Origin: Candidatus Eiseniibacteriota bacterium
GTDB lineage: Bacteria; Eisenbacteria; RBG-16-71-46; SZUA-252
Direction: 5' to 3'
Assembly: GCA_963703225.1 (NCBI GenBank)
Contig: OY969801.1
Span: 1,664,001-1,728,000, forward strand
DNA: 64,000 nucleotides
A model generated the notes under the pieces. It did no database searches. It saw nothing but the letters and a program-made list of their open reading frames with translations, and was not told the DNA's origin. Below are positions 61,952 through 64,000 of this stretch, one piece after another; position 1 is the stretch's first letter, and the number at the start of each line of letters is the position of its first letter. A program made the translations under genes and the position numbers.

Positions 61952-62563
61952 TCAGGCCGGGCCGGCCGGGCCGGTTCGGCGCAAGCTCTCGATCTCGTCC
62001 CAGACCAGGTCCGCGCGCCGCTCGAGATCCGCCCGATCTCCCTCGTTCTCAAGGCGCCAGTGCCGGCGCGCGCCGCGGATCGGTGGCAGCTTCTGCCCGC
62101 GGACCCGCTCGCGGGCCTCCTGGTCGGTGAACCCCCGGGCCACCCGGAGCCGTCTCACGCGCGCGTCCTCGGACGCGACCACCTCCACCACGCCGTCGAG
62201 CACGGGCTCCAGCGCCCAGGACGTGAGCATGGCCGCGTCCAGCACGCGCACACCTTCGCCGCGGGAATCGAGGACTTCACGCACGCGCCGAAGCAATTGT
62301 GGCTGAACGATCCCGTTGAGCCGATCCAGCGCGCCGGGATCGCGGAAGACGATCCGGCCGAGCCTGGCCCGGTCGATCTGCCCCTCTCGGTCGAGCACGG
62401 TCGGATCGAACGCCGCGGCGATCGCCTCGCGGACGGCCGGCGTGCGGAGCACCTCCCAGCCGAGCGCGTCCCCGTCCACGAGCTCGGCGCCACGCTCCTG
62501 AAAGCGGCGGGCCACCGTGGACTTCCCGGAACCCATGAGCCCGGTCACGCCGATCCGGACCAT
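61952..62563 (-). CDS. coaE: Dephospho-CoA kinase
   Basis: IGVTGLMGSGKSTV, IDRARLGRIVF; polA-coaE synteny. Confidence 0.93.
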   Translation of the reverse strand: MVRIGVTGLMGSGKSTVARRFQERGAELVDGDALGWEVLRTPAVREAIAAAFDPTVLDREGQIDRARLGRIVFRDPGALDRLNGIVQPQLLRRVREVLDSRGEGVRVLDAAMLTSWALEPVLDGVVEVVASEDARVRRLRVARGFTDQEARERVRGQKLPPIRGARRHWRLENEGDRADLERRADLVWDEIESLRRTGPAGPA

Positions 62564-62609
62564 CACTGGAACCTATCGGTCGCGACGGCGAAGGGCAAGC
62601 CGAATCCCC

Positions 62610-64000
62610 TCATGCGTGCGCGTCGGCCCAGGTGCGACCGCGTCCCATGTGCACGACGAGCGGCACGCGAAGCGGAATCGCGTGTTCCATCACCTCGCGA
62701 ACGATCGGTGCGATCGTGTCGACCTCGTCCTCGTCCGATTCGAACAAAAGCTCATCGTGGACCTGGAGAATCATGCGACTCTTGCAGCCCATCTCGGTCA
62801 GCAGCGAGTCGATTTTGACCATCGCCACCTTGACCAGATCGGCCGCCGAGCCCTGGATGGGCGTATTGACGGCGACGCGCTCCGCTTCCGCGCGCCGCGC
62901 CCCTTCGGCACGAAGCCCCGACAGGGGGCGCCGGCGCTTCAAGATTGTCTCCACGTACCCGGTCTTCCGCGCCGTTTCGAGCACTTGGTCGAGGTACGCG
63001 GCGACCCCGGAGAGCGTCCGCTTGTACTCCTCGATGAAGGCGACGGCCAGCGCGCGTGACAGGTTCAGCTCCCGCGCGAGCCGCGCCGGTCCCATTCCGT
63101 AAAGAATTCCAAAATTCACGATCTTGGCCTGGGCTCGCTGCGCGGGCGTCACCGCCTCCGGCGGCACGCCGAACAGTCGGGACGCCGTCGTCGCGTGCAC
63201 GTCCCCGCCCGTTCGAAACGCTTCCGTGAGCACCGGGTCGTGCGAGAGATGGGCGAGGAGGCGAAGCTCCACCTGCGAGTAGTCGAACGAGACGAGCAGG
63301 CCGCGCGCCCCCTCGGCGACGAACGCGCGTCGGATGGCGCGCCCCTCCTCGGTCCGGATCGGAATGTTTTGAAGGCTGGGATCGCTCGCGCTCAACCGGC
63401 CGGTGGAAGCGATCGTCTGGTGAAACGTGGCGTGGACCCGGCCGGTATCGGGATGCACCAGCCGCGGCAGCGAATCGACGTAGGTCCCCTTGAGCTTCTG
63501 CGCCTGGCGGTACGCGAGCAGGAGCTTGGGAAGGGGATGCACCGGAGCCAGGTTCTCGAGAACCTCGACGTCCGTCGAGTAGCCGTCCCGGGTCCGCTTA
63601 CCCTTGGGCAACTTGAGCCGCTCAAAGAGGACCTCGGCCACCTGGCGTGTCGAATTCACGTTGAATGGCACGCCCGCGACTTCCTGGATCTCCTCCTCCA
63701 GGCCGGCGAGCTCCTGACCCAGCTCGGACGACATCATCTTCAGGGCCGCGGTGTCGACTTTGATTCCGGCGCGCTCCATGCGGGTCAGCACGCCCACGAG
63801 CGGCATCTCCACCTCGTGGAAGAGCCCGTGGACCCCGATCGCCTCCATCTCGCGGGAGAGGATCGGCACCAGACGGAGGACCGCGTCGGCGTCCTCGCAA
63901 CAATATTCCGCGACCTGGTCCACCGGGAGAGCGGCCATCGTCCTCTGGTCCCGCCCCGACCCGAGTAGCTCCTCGGTCGGGATCTTCTGGAGGCCAAGGC
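62610..64000 (-). CDS. polA: DNA polymerase I (5' part outside the window)
   Basis: TGRLSASDPSLQNIP, DYSQVELR, AKIVNFGILYG, NTPIQGSAAD, LQVHDEL. Confidence 0.98.
   Translation of the reverse strand, partial: LGLQKIPTEELLGSGRDQRTMAALPVDQVAEYCCEDADAVLRLVPILSREMEAIGVHGLFHEVEMPLVGVLTRMERAGIKVDTAALKMMSSELGQELAGLEEEIQEVAGVPFNVNSTRQVAEVLFERLKLPKGKRTRDGYSTDVEVLENLAPVHPLPKLLLAYRQAQKLKGTYVDSLPRLVHPDTGRVHATFHQTIASTGRLSASDPSLQNIPIRTEEGRAIRRAFVAEGARGLLVSFDYSQVELRLLAHLSHDPVLTEAFRTGGDVHATTASRLFGVPPEAVTPAQRAQAKIVNFGILYGMGPARLARELNLSRALAVAFIEEYKRTLSGVAAYLDQVLETARKTGYVETILKRRRPLSGLRAEGARRAEAERVAVNTPIQGSAADLVKVAMVKIDSLLTEMGCKSRMILQVHDELLFESDEDEVDTIAPIVREVMEHAIPLRVPLVVHMGRGRTWADAHA

Overview
High-GC bacterial chromosomal segment, coding almost entirely on the minus strand. 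FlgD/T9SS-like C-terminal domains, a PorV-like barrel and a GWxTD protein point to an FCB-group lineage such as Ca. Eisenbacteria (inference). In minus-strand order it holds: polA(partial)-coaE-prfB (programmed +1 frameshift)-PMM/PGM; two secreted CTD-bearing proteins; a DUF4912-GH57 fusion; a lipoprotein/beta-barrel/TldD/PmbA unit; a TonB-dependent receptor/CTD cargo/PorV-like/GWxTD unit; pfk-gap-pgk-tpiA-secG-tRNA-Leu; methyltransferase/epimerase/split transketolase; a divergent hypothetical-glpX-bshB1 unit; SDR-adenosine kinase-recJ-rel-dtd-maf; rplM-rpsI-rpsB-tsf-pyrH-frr-uppS-cdsA-dxr; a 7-gene LPS-core block; and rseP-tamA-tamB(partial). About nine genes carry single-base indels that look like long-read errors. 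The best candidates for undescribed systems are the two outer-membrane modules at 38.5-52.6 kb. A structured intergenic element plus a 22-bp tandem repeat lies at 29.35-29.57 kb. No CRISPR array or mobile element was seen. All family calls come from motif recognition by eye; no database search was run.
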